A stretch of DNA of 64,000 bases, taken from positions 32,019,609 through 32,083,608 of the forward strand of contig NC_068991.1 of the NCBI RefSeq assembly GCF_001194135.2, given 5' to 3'. The notes beneath the pieces were generated by a model. That model ran no database searches. It saw only the letters and a list, made by a program, of their open reading frames with translations, and was not told the origin of the DNA. A program made the position numbers and the translations under genes. Shown here one piece after another: positions 24,327 to 36,501 of the stretch; the first letter of the stretch is position 1, and each line of letters opens with the position of its first letter. Source of the DNA: Octopus bimaculoides (taxonomy: Eukaryota).

Positions 24327-25362
24327 CTGTAACAACAAAAACAGATGTTTAAAACAATATTTAATTAATCAGTTCCACTAATAATCAATATACTAGTAAT
24401 CATATCATCAACACATTGTATTTTCTTCAGTAGTCAAATACAGGTGTTTTTGTGGAAGAATTGTACTTTCCATGGAGTCAGGATGTTGAATGCTTACATT
24501 ATAGACAGACAACTAAATGGTGAAACTGACATTAGAGGGAACTGAACTGAAAAAAGTTAGTCACCAAACTAGATGCAGTAATGCCCCAAATTTGGAGTTT
24601 TACTGATTTTGATTCAAGCTAAATGCAAATATTTTCTTCTCAGACATTTAATATGTTTTGCATATTTAATAAAAATTCTTTCTACTATAGGCCTGAAATT
24701 TTGCAGGAGGAAGCAAGTCGGTTACATTGGCCCCAGTACTTAGTTGGCAATTATTTTATCAACTCTGAAAGGATGAAAGGCAAAGTTGATCTCAGCAGAT
24801 TTGAACCTAGAATGTAACGAGCAAAGCGAAATACCATTTAGCATAATGTCCAGAGCGCTAATGACTCTGCTAGCCCAACAAAGAAGAATAGCAAGTGATG
24901 TCTTCCTCTGTATCAATATTAAAAAAAAAAAATATTTTACAACATGGTTTGAAGCAAAAGTTGTATTACTAATTAATCACAAAATAAACATGCTAGTATC
25001 AACACACTAAATACTCTGAGAGATAGTGATCAAGAATGAGGGCAAAAACAGGTGTGCTGTTGTAAAGGAGATACATGGCTACCCACCCAGAGGGAAGAGC
25101 ATAAAATTTAGTTATGAGGGTTCACTAGAATCAAGGCACATCAACAGGTAGGATGCCAGAAATGGTTAGGTATGATAACATTAAGTTGACAATGTTGTAA
25201 ACAACATTGAAGACGAAGTGTTGGTAGGATATGTTAGACATAGAAGTTATCAAATCCAATTTAAACTGGAGATCCAACTCAGGGGCTGGCCCTTAGTGTG
25301 GCATAGGTATAAACAGCAAACACATTTGTGTTTATTTTATAAATATACATATATACATATTA

Positions 25363-25627
25363 AGAAATTAAAATGAGAAAGGAACAAGAAATTATGTCAT
25401 GAACTTCATTAGCTTACAGCCATTTCTACAATAAGATGCAATGCATTCATAGTTGAATGCTTGTGTATAACACTAGTAAAACTGCACTTCATGTTTGAAG
25501 CTCCGATGAAGCTATAAGGTGATACACAAGCATTCAACTATAAGTGCATTGCACCATATAGCAGTAACTGCTGCAAGCTAATGAAGTTCATGACATAATT
25601 TCTTGTTCCCTTGTCATTTTAATTTCT
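25363..25627. mobile_element. 265-bp TA-flanked palindromic MITE
   Basis: About 58-bp TIRs (agaaattaaaatga..ggaacaagaaattatgtcatgaacttcattagctt) plus an inner ~33-bp inverted pair. TA at 25361-62 and 25628-29. Confidence 0.85.
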
Positions 25628-25896
25628 TATGATTGCTTGGTACTCGACTGACGCTTTGTTCTGAAGTATATGTATACTGAGTTCTAACACCGGGTTATTA
25701 GTAATGCTATGCCTAATAATAATAATAATAAAAATAATTATGGTTTCAAATTCTGGCACAAAGAGAGTAATTTCAGAGTTGAGGGTCAGTTGATTATGTC
25801 ACCTTCAGTGCTCAACTGGTATTTATTTTACCGACTCTGAAAGGATGAAAAGCAAAGTCAAGCTTAGCGTGCTAATTATGCTACCAGCTTGCCACC

Positions 25897-25938
<42 letters not shown>

Positions 25939-25942
25939 TACG

Positions 25943-25985
<43 letters not shown>

Positions 25986-26369
25986 NNNNNNNNNNNNNNN
26001 NNNNNNNNNNNNNNNNNNNNNNNNNNNNNNNNNNNNNNNNNNNNNNNNNNNNNNNNNNNNNNNNNNNNNNNNNNNNNNNNNNNNNNNNNNNNNNNNNNNN
26101 NNNNNNNNNNNNNNNNNNNNNNNNNNNNNNNNNNNNNNNNNNNNNNNNNNNNNNNNNNNNNNNNNNNNNNNNNNNNNNNNNNNNNNNNNNNNNNNNNNNN
26201 NNNNNNNNNNNNNNNNNNNNNNNNNNNNNNNNNNNNNNNNNNNNNNNNNNNNNNNNNNNNNNNNNNNNNNNNNNNNNNNNNNNNNNNNNNNNNNNNNNNN
26301 NNNNNNNNNNNNNNNNNNNNNNNNNNNNNNNNNNNNNNNNNNNNNNNNNNNNNNNNNNNATATATATAT

Positions 26370-26582
26370 TTGCCAGTACCGCCTGACTGGCCTTCGTGCC
26401 AGTGGCACGTATAAGCACCCACTACACTCTCTGAGTGGTTGGCGTTAGGAAGGGCATCCAGCTGTAGAAACTCTGCCAAATCAGATTGGAGCTGGTGTAG
26501 CCATCTGGTTCACCAGTCCTCAGTCAAATCGTCCAACCCATGCTAGCATGGAAAGCGGATGTTAAACGAAGATGATGATGAT
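26370..26582 (+). mobile_element. Short copy of the same RTE 3'-end repeat
   Basis: cacccactacactc...gtggttggcgttaggaagggcatccagctgtagaaac...gttaaacgaagatgatgatg. Confidence 0.85.
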
Positions 26583-27614
26583 TTATATTCCCGAGTGTTA
26601 AACTAATACACCTGCTTTCACCTGTCTTTGCCTTTTGTTTTCTGTAAATTTGAACTATATATATATATAAACATATATATACCTTTATATATGTATAGTT
26701 ACAACCAGAACAATGTACATGAGCGAAAGTGATTGGACTACCAAGTGAAAGGTCTGGAGTTCAAGTCCACTATAGGCAATTCTATGTGTGTTTAGACAAA
26801 CACTTAACTCTTCCCACCTCAATTCATCAAACTGTGAAGAACATGTATTTGATGTTCTGTAATAACCTGGCAGCTTACCCTGAAGGATATCTCTCTCTCT
26901 CATTTGTGGTAGATTATATAGGTAGAGGTGCGTTGATTGAGTGGCTAGAATAATGTATCACCTGGAACACTGCTTGTCAGGGGGACATCTTTATTTTACA
27001 GTGTGTTAATTTCTATAGGGGTAAAGTGCAGTGTTCATGGCCTTTGTAAGCCCTCCCATACAAGTGAGATTAATGGAACTGATGCCTAGTAACAGACAGA
27101 ACTCCATTAGAGGCATCCAATACACAGGATGTGGTGTTAAAGAATAAGTGTGACATCAATCAGGGAATGTTATATGTATGTAATAGACTAGCAACTTATC
27201 CAGGAAGAGATTTATTTCTCATCTACTTCATGTCAAAGACTGGCCTGGGGAGGATGCATTTATGCATAGAAAGAAATTTGGTGGTTTGAAATCATTTCTT
27301 TTCTTTTATATTTGTATTTTTGGATAATTTTCCAGATTGTATGGTTGCCTAATGTGTGAGAGTGATTATATATACACGTGCAGTGTTGTTTAGTAGATTA
27401 GACTGATAGCCTGTATGCACAGCTGAAGAGAGAGCTTCTATCTTGCTACCAAAATTGAAAGCCTCATGCAACAAGATGCAACTAGTTACTTCACTACTAA
27501 AAGCAACCGGAATACTCCTATGTAACTTCAGATAGTTATTACTATACAAGAAATTGAAAGGAATAAATTCCAGACGAAATTAGGATGGTGAAGCTGAGTT
27601 TCAAACCAACGTAC

Positions 27615-27661
27615 CTTGTATGTTTCATAAATCTTTGGGAGTGTGAAAATTATCACAACAC
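27615..27661 (-). CDS. RTN: Reticulon RHD exon 4 (47 nt): (S)VVIIFTLPKIYETYK
   Basis: Acceptor ttttttccctag, donor AAG|gtacgt. FTLPKIYE motif. 47 nt, phase 1 to 0. Confidence 0.96.
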
Positions 27662-28758
27662 CTAGGGAAAAAAGAGAAGAAAATGATGAACATATATAAA
27701 TACACACAAACATCCATCACCTTATATACATATATACACTATTATACATACATACACACTCATAAGCCTCTCCCCACAATCACTGTCATTACAACCATAT
27801 TCTTATTCCTTCTATCCACCTATTCTGGCCCTTCTACTATCTTTCCTATTGCCCCTCCTAGGTCACAGTACCTTAAGCAAACATACACGTCTTAGGGCAA
27901 CAAGTACTCTTTGCCTTTATAGTGTACAGGTAAAACCTCTTGTGCTGTTGCCATGTTGAAATGCAAGCACTGCATTCTCTAGAGTGACAGGCAAGTAAAG
28001 CATAAACTTGAGAGGTCATTTCAATCTTAAGAACTTCATATTAATTTGTCTATAGTGCTAGCAGCATGATAAATTGTATGGAGTGCACTTTTATCTGGTG
28101 ATAAGAAGGGCATCGAGTCTTAGAAACCAAGCCAAACTGAAACGAGTGCCAGCCTGTGAGAGCAATGGCTCTTAATAAGAACTGACTCAGACTGTGACAA
28201 TCTATCCAGTATGTCAGCATGGAAAGTGAATGTAAAACTGACGATGATTATGGTGCACACACACGAGTGAATAAAGAGAGGAGGGAGAGAGAAAGAGACA
28301 GATAGATAATATTTTTAGCACACATTTTCATGAGAAAAAGAGAAGACAATTTTATTTTAGTGAAAGCATGATAAAATGTTGTTGGTTTGGGCAGAATAAG
28401 TATGACAAGGCTGAACCATTTGAATTACAGCTTCAATAAGTGTAACAAAGGCAGCCCATTTCAGTTACAGGTAGACTCTATGCAATAGGTTTTTGCACAA
28501 TTTTCACTCACATGTTTTTAGGTTACCCTGAGGCTAGAGTGACTTACTGTACAATGAGATCCAGCCAAGGAACATATAACTGGGAAGTGAACTTCTTAAC
28601 TATTCATTCATGTCTAGAACCCTTTTGTAATAGATATTAAATAAATACTTAATTATATGTTTATCATTATGATTATACTTTTAATCCTAAATGCCTCTTT
28701 CAGCCAAATTGAACAAAATCACATAAGGAACTTCCCAAAAAATTATTATATTACTTAC

Positions 28759-28828
28759 TGTTAATAATTATTGTCATTCCATTAAACCAGGAACCAATGT
28801 AAGTCAAAACCCACAGGAGGAGGCCAAA
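28759..28828 (-). CDS. RTN: Reticulon RHD exon 3 (70 nt): FGLLLWVLTYIGSWFNGMTIIIN
   Basis: Acceptor catcttttgcag, donor A|gtaagt. Matches the RTN F..L.WV.TY.G..FNG.T segment. 70 nt, phase 0 to 1. Confidence 0.96.
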
Positions 28829-29192
28829 CTGCAAAAGATGGAGAGTTAAAATATTATTATTATCTGCATGCTTATATTTGTGTATGTGTATACACACACT
28901 ATGTAGACCCAACAAAGGCACTGGCTTTTGTGTATTATTAACTAGGCATAAGCCAAAATGTATGAAAAAGAAACCAGTGTTGTCAGTTTGCAAATTAATC
29001 AAGTTCCAACCAGAAATAAAAACTTGGCCAAAACCATATCAGGTAAAACTATTGCAATGGCAAAGTTAATGTTTCCACCAACAGAACCTGAAAAATATTT
29101 AAAATCACTGATACTTTACATGTAACAGGTAAAGTCAATGGCATGGAGTTGGTAATTGCTTTATACAAAATGTCCTGATTTATATTGACCAT

Positions 29193-29229
<37 letters not shown>

Positions 29230-29701
29230 GGAGAGAGAGAGAGAGAGAAAGAGGGAGAGAGAGAGNNNNNNNNNNNNNNNNNNNNNNNNNNNNNNNNNNN
29301 NNNNNNNNNNNNNNNNNNNNNNNNNNNNNNNNNNNNNNNNNNNNNNNNNNNNNNNNNNNNNNNNNNNNNNNNNNNNNNNNNNNNNNNNNNNNNNNNNNNN
29401 NNNNNNNNNNNNNNNNNNNNNNNNNNNNNNNNNNNNNNNNNNNNNNNNNNNNNNNNNNGTCATAATGCTGCAAATACATCTGTACAGATCAATGGAGGTT
29501 TCTTCGATATTTTTATAGCCACTTTAGACAGTCCAGAGGCATATATTTGTCATATTCCAAATATCAGCTTAATAATGGAAAAGTAATTTTATTAAACCCT
29601 TAAAATCCTGGATTATTTTCGAAGTAAACTGAAACACATAACCAATATTCTTCATGGGAAATATGACTGTAAAACAGTTAAGAAATTTTCAAACTTATTT
29701 A

Positions 29702-30584
29702 TGTGGACTGATGAATAAGTATCCAGACTGTTGCCACAGTAGTGAAGCTAAAGCATGCAGAGTAAAGCCGCTTGGCACAGATTGACCTTGAACTCAGCTG
29801 TGCATGTACAGTAAGATTTAATGTTCTAGCTCACTTCTGCTGTTTACAGCAGTGCTTAGAAGGAAGGTGTGTAGAATGTATTTGTTGCATTGACCATGAT
29901 GGAGAAAGTTGAGTAGAGAATCTGCATCAAATTTTGCCAAAAGCTTGGTGATACTTGCTCAGAGGCCTACACAAAGTTTTCAAAAAGTTTTCATTGTTCT
30001 CAACATAATCACGGAGATCTTGTGTAACTGAAGCCCAAGTGTCTTTTTTGTCAGCTGAACACAGTTTTGGCACACATGCGTCTCATACCCAAATCTTTAG
30101 TGATAACAGACTGAACTGAATTGTAACTAATCTACACATCCTCTGATGACTCATGGATGGTGATTCAACTATTTCCCCTCACAGCTGCATGCACATCTGT
30201 GATATTTTTCTCAGTTCTGCTGGTTGTGAGTCTCTCAGAATGTTCATCAATATCGACACTTTTTTGGCTATCTTGGAAATGTCTGAACCACTCGTACACT
30301 TGTGTGCAACTCATACACTCCTCTCCATACACTTTCTGCAACTTTGCATAGGCTTCTGAGCAGGTATTGCCATGACAACTTTCTCTGTCATGGTCAATGC
30401 GACGATCACATGCTACATACCTTCCTTCCAAGCAGTGCTGTAAGCAGCAGAAGTGAACCAGAACATTAAAACTTAGTGCGCATGCACAGCAGAGTGAAGG
30501 TCAATCTATGTTAAGTGGCTTTACTTTGCATGCTTTAGCTACATTACTATGGCAACAGTCCAAATACCTATTGATTAGACCTCG
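29702..30584. mobile_element. Non-autonomous mariner derivative made of two inverted 5' ends
   Basis: Arms 29702-~29985 and ~30340-30584 are inverse copies. Both run into the transposase N-terminus (G.TCSEAY.K). TA on both sides. ORF 30165-30431 continues the helix-turn-helix (QVYEWFRHF). Confidence 0.8.
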
Positions 30585-30910
30585 TAAATTAGTATTCTTT
30601 TTAAGTTTAATGAATTAATTAAAAATACATTCAACTCTATTGCTGAATAATTTAGACAGATGAGTAGAGAGGTTCATAGTTAAAACTTGTAGACTGGTGC
30701 AACAGCTGTTGATTTAGACAAACATCTGCTGATAAGATCTGTTTTGTGTAGTGTGAGAGGGTGGAAAGGAGAGAGGGGAGTGCAAAATTGTTGCCTTGAC
30801 AACCATTCATTATACATATCAAAAGAATTCAAAAGGTATTTTGTCTTGACACACACATTTCATTAAAAATATGTGAGAAATGAGAAAGAACAAAAATTCA
30901 ATGGCTGCAA

Positions 30911-31142
30911 AGTTGTTTTAGTCATTGGACTGTGAACATGCTGGAGCACCACCTTGAAGGCTTTAGTCAAACAAATTGATTCCAATACTTAACATTTTTT
31001 AAAGCCTGGTACTTATTCTATTGATCTCTTTTTGCTGAACTGCTAAGATACAAGGACATAAAAAAACCAGCACCAGTTGTCAAGTGGTAGTTGAGGACAA
31101 ATACAAAGATGCACACACACACACACATATATATGTATGTAT

Positions 31143-31195
<53 letters not shown>

Positions 31196-31489
31196 ACAAA
31201 GGAAAAATTTTATGGTCACTAATTGTGACTGAGGGTGCCAAAGCACCTATATTGTAAGAAATAAGAGTTAAAAACTTAATACTGTATGAAGCACACAATA
31301 TATATACACTGACAGGGGATAGACACAATGATTTTCTTTAGTTTCCATCTACCAAATCCACTTGCACAGCTTTGGTCAGCCCAAAGCTATAGTATAAGAC
31401 ACTTGCACAAGGTGTTACACAATGAGACTGAATCTGGAACCATGTGGTTGGGAAGCAAACCTTTTGCTACACAGTCATGCCTGTACCTA
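30911..31489 (-). mobile_element. SINE (family A) with expanded internal (TA)n
   Basis: Diverged reverse copy, with the microsatellite at ~31110-31193 at the family's usual internal position. Confidence 0.75.
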
Positions 31490-32634
31490 TTTAATTACAT
31501 TTAATAAGGTGCTCAGGCAAAAATCACATGTGCTTACAGTTCAAGAATTAATATGTTTGGAACAGAGATGTTAATGTTTGAAGAATTTATGAATTAGTTC
31601 CTTCTCTAAGCCAAAGCGCTATGATTTATTCTAGATTCCATAAAAGTTTAAACAGGTCAGTTTGGCACCACAAAATCAATTTGATTGGTTGAGTGTGTGA
31701 GTTGAGAAAGTGATTGTACATCAAAGAGGACATTGGTTCAAACAGATTTGGGGGTGAAAAACATAGTTCTTGGGTTATTAGCAGGAAGTCGATAGAACCT
31801 GACAATATTCAGCTTTGCAGAAGAGATGGAACAAGATTGAGATGGTAAACAAGAAATTAGTCAACCTAAGGTAGTAGGAGAACAATATCTGTGGTGTGGT
31901 TGCAAAAACTATCTTTTAATTTGTCACCAACATCAACCTCACTCCCCTTAACCAATACTATATTGATATAGTATTAGAAAAAAAAGTCATGAACATGAAG
32001 GAATTCCCCAGAAAAAGACCAAGGTCTGGCTACCTATCAAAATAGATGTACAAAAGAAATAAACAAGTACCTATGATGCACAGACTTCTCATTAAATTCC
32101 TCAACAATCTGAGAGCAACAGCTGATATAGAAGTGCAGCAGATAATGTATATTTACAATACTGTTTTTTTTTTTGTAACTCAATATGTTAAGTTAAAATC
32201 CAGTTTAAGATAAATTTGACTAAGTATGAAAAGAATGGGTAAGATTTATTGCTGTCTTTTCACAAGTCTGATAAAATAGATTATATTGGAACTAACAGGA
32301 GGAAGAGTGAGTCAGTGCCCACAGCCTCCCAGAATGGTGATGCTGATATAAATGATACCCAATCTGAAACTATACACATCATGATTCTAACCAAGCTCAA
32401 CACTTAATGCCATGATTTCATTTTACATTTAATTACAGACACAAATTACAGGACCCCTGTTATTAACTTTTATTATCTGAACTAATGAGTAATCTGTTTG
32501 AAGTTCCTTAATGTGCTAGAAATAGTAGCCAAAGTTTCATATTACAACTTGTTTTAAAACGAACTCACTAGGTTTGTAGTAGGGATAAATATATAAGCAC
32601 TTTTTCTTCACAACATCTTCATAATCTTTTTCTA

Positions 32635-32841
32635 TTCTAGGTACAAGGCCTGGAATTTTGTGGGAGGGGGCCAGTCAGTTAGATCGACCCCAGCACGCAA
32701 CTGGTACTTAATTTATCGACCCCTGAAAGTATGAAAGGCAAAGTCGACCTCAGCGGAATTTGAACTCAGAACGTAAAGACAGACGAAATACTGCTAAGCA
32801 TTTTGCCCGGTGTGCTAACGTTTCTGCCAAATTACTGCCTT
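32635..32841 (-). mobile_element. SINE (family B), reverse orientation
   Basis: Reverse strand reads ggcagtaatttggcagaaacgttagcacaccgggc...gttctgagttcaaattccgctgaggtcgactttgcc. Related copies lie at ~24680-24866, ~25745-25900 and ~51575-51730. Confidence 0.8.
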
Positions 32842-33427
32842 ACAACATCTTCATAATCACTATAGAATTAATTACATCTCTAATAAATCTGAGAATTAAA
32901 AAATATCTTTGCTTTGTGGTGAAAGATTAATTCTTTCACCACAAAGCAAAGATATTTTTTATTACGGACTTCCACAGAATTTAGCTTCTTGATCAGCCTA
33001 AAGCTATTGTAGAAGACACTTTCTTTAAGTGTTTTATAGAGGGGTTGAACCTAAAACCAAGTGGTTGCCAAGCTAGTTATGTCATTATCTCATTCTGTAT
33101 TTTCATTGTGCACTCACTATTAACATCGGGAAAAAGTTTTGTACAGTCAACAAGTGTACCCTTATGTGGTTGTTCAACCTGCTAGTAATAGCAGTCAAAT
33201 CTCCCTCAAATCAAACACTCTTGAAAAAAATAAAAAGGACACATAAAGTAAGGTAGCATATCTGAATAAAAGATGTTAAAAAAAAAAATGAAGCTCTGTT
33301 TGATCAGAGCTAACCTGAGATTATTCTGTAACAAATACAACTAGTTTTCACCAAAATATAATATATTTATAGTTGACAAACACAAACATCTTTTTAGCAT
33401 TCAACAACATTAATAATTTTAACCAGT

Positions 33428-33471
<44 letters not shown>

Positions 33472-33640
33472 GCTAATAATACATTCAAATGGGTTTCTAA
33501 GTAGTTTCTCATCTAACCACCAATATTTTGCAGTTTATTACAATGAGATAGAATAGTTGTAGAGCTGGAGAAGCTCTTTGTTGTAAACAATAGATAATTC
33601 AATGTGGAATGAAAACAGGAGAGGAAGCAACATTTCTCAC

Positions 33641-33779
33641 CTTAAGGGAGTCTACAAGATCCTCAATAAGAAAAAGTCGTCGCAGTTCTTGAACAGTAGC
33701 ATTGGTATGCTTCAAGATGAGCTTGACAACCTTCTGTGTTTTCTGGTCATTTAACTCAATGTCACATTCCAGATATTCC
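33641..33779 (-). CDS. RTN: Reticulon RHD exon 2 (139 nt): EYLECDIELNDQKTQKVVKLILKHTNATVQELRRLFLIEDLVDSLK
   Basis: Too short for the ORF track. Read by hand: acceptor aatttctag, donor AAG|gtgaga. Contains ELRRLFL.EDLVDSLK, the Nogo-66-like loop. Phase and 139-nt size fit vertebrate RTN. Confidence 0.97.
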
Positions 33780-35971
33780 CTAGAAATTTAAGATTTTTTT
33801 TTTTTCAAATTTAATGAAAAAACATTTACAACAGAGAAAAGAAAAAGCAAAGAAACAAAATTAAAGCAACTTTCTCCATCTCCAATCATTTCTCAAGCTT
33901 GTATAATCTGATTGGATCTTCTGACTCATTACATTTTGAATTCAAATCCTGTCATAAAAAAATCTCCTTCAATAAATTCTGATCGACCCATCCAAGCAAG
34001 GAAAAGTTATTTCAATGCTAGAAATAACAGTCACATTTCCCTCAAATCATACCATACCATCTTAAAGTGTAAGGACACATTGAAAGGGATCGTCATAGCT
34101 GGAATATCTTTGTGTTCACTTGAGACTGTGTATCTGCTGAACCATGGCTGGTTGACTTAGGTCTAAACAACAACATATGTAGTCCATACTTGTGAATTAA
34201 GAGGAATGGGTCACAATCTACAGTGACCATTGTTATGAAGTTTATTAGCTTTCAATTGGACTCTTAATATATTCTTCCAGTATAAATAAAATGATCTTTT
34301 ATCAATCAATACATTACCATGGAAACAGAGAAGTGTATGAAACGTAAGTAATTAGCTAGGTACAAAAATAGACAAAATCAAAATAATAATGATAAAAAAA
34401 CTCCTTTGATTATGTAGATTAAAAAATATGAATAGTTGACTGTTGTTAATGAAGACAACAGATAAGTGTTCATATGTTAATGAGGGAATCTCAACAATTG
34501 AATATATTTGAACATTTGGTCTGCAGAGTCAGAGTTGAGTTGCAGTTAACAAACATGCTCTCAACAAGCTGAAGGTTAACTGCTAAATATGGATTGTGTG
34601 ATAGCAAATAATTAAGAAGTATAGAGAGTCTTGTCACCACATAGTTCCTCTCCAAATGGTAATTTCAGTGAACAATTATATTTGCTGTTATATGATTGGT
34701 GATAAAAACACTTCATAAAAAGTGAATGGCTCAACACATTTCCAGTGTAACACTTTAGAATCCTTCTAGCTACCCAATAACACATCCATTATTATATTTT
34801 TCCACTCCATGAATCCCAGAATTGATCAAAATTTAATCCTTCTCTAAACCTTGCAAGCATCTATAACATCTACAGCTTACTGGTAAACAAAAAATTAGCT
34901 TCCCTTTTTGCCACTCCAAGAAGTTTGTATCATAGAACTAGGTGTGGTCTCAAGTGGGTGAGTACCAAAAGGGTAAAGTGACAGTTCCATGAAAGAGGTG
35001 CTTCAGTTTCAACATTCAGTCTCAGATCAAGCCAATTCCTAGACAACTCCCAAATGAATAAAAACTGATTTTTACCAATCTTTTTCAATTTTATTATTCA
35101 GATGACCTCAGATACAAAATCTACAGCCATCCTTCCATACTGGTATGAATTTCATTAGTCCATAATCAATAGCTTCTTACCAGCTCAAATTTTTAGTTTA
35201 TCAACTCTTTTTAGGTAAAAACTAGGAGTTGATGGCTGTCTTGAGGTCTAATTCAACTCTTTCAGCCAGCCACATTTCCTAGAGTATAATATGATATACA
35301 TGTAGTATCCATTTCAGTCCATGCTTTCTTTAATTAACTAGTGTTTATTATATTAACAACATCAGACACACAAGTACACATACATACACCAACATAATAC
35401 ATGTGAGAAATAACAGGCAATTCATGATGTTTTCAAATGGAAGCATATACTGAAAAATATACTCCCAAGTGCACTATGAGAATAAAGCTGGATGGTCTTG
35501 GCTGGAATGCCTTTGATCATAGGTCTGCTCAGTCAGAGCTGATGTCCAACAACATTAAAAGGACAGGGCATGAATTAAACTGGAATGCCATTGATCATGG
35601 ATGAGAATTGGATCAAAGTTATTAAACAACAACAACAGATGGATTAATTTGATTGTATAATATTTTAATTTCTTCCATCAGACCTACAGACAAACCACTT
35701 CCCAAATTAAAAAAGCAATAGTCAGTTAGCTCTCATGGAGCAAATTTATGGGCAAACTTATTTCAACCAATAATATACAGGGATAGTGTTTCTTTGTGGT
35801 GGTTGTTAGCCGTAGGACTGCTCTGAACATGTAGACCTCCAACCACGACCATCCTGCATTTGCAAGCGATAAAAATTGGCTACATCTATATAGAAGTTGC
35901 CTCTTTGATTATGTATTTATGGTTCCACAGCTGTAGGTGGTAGTGCAGTAAGACAATAATGAGGAACTTAC

Positions 35972-36179
35972 TTGAAAGGATGTCCATCACCAGATTTTTG
36001 GACTGCTTGCATGATGTTCTTGTAAACACGAAAACTGAGAGTGACCGCCAAAATTGCCAGGGACAGATAAGCAATAACAGTGAGTACTGAGTAAATTGCC
36101 AAGGAGAGGAGAATAAAGAGCATGCTGCCAAAGACCACAGCTGTTTTCTTGACATCTCTCCAGTAGATGAGATCCAAGA
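35972..36179 (-). CDS. RTN: Reticulon RHD exon 1 (208 nt): [69 protein letters not shown](K)
   Basis: Acceptor atttccttcag (phase 1) and donor AA|gtaagt read directly. The peptide has the reticulon motifs DLIYWRD and GHPF. 208 nt is the size of the first RHD exon in vertebrate RTN genes. Confidence 0.97.
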
Positions 36180-36459
36180 CTGAAGGAAATGAAAAAAGAA
36201 AAACAAAAAATAGTAAATTTGTTACAATTTTACTTAGAAATTTTTTAAGAAATGGATAAAGCAAATGATATAAAAATGGTTTTTTATGTTGTTGATACTA
36301 AATCACCAAAATAACTGATTAGTGAAAAGACCTCAAACTCACTCAGAATTTAACTAAGAAGGAGAAAGTTTTTTTCTTGAGCAAGAGTATTATTAAAAGG
36401 TTCTATAGCTAACTCTCAAAACATTTTCAGAAATGGCATTAAACAGAAATATTGAAGAT

Positions 36460-36501
<42 letters not shown>

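Noticed and set aside
24498-24546. 49-nt AG..GT segment (ttttttcag ... AAT|gtaagc) just upstream of the 59-nt exon
   Set aside because: In-frame TAA after four codons and no other support. A poison exon cannot be excluded but is not supportable from sequence.
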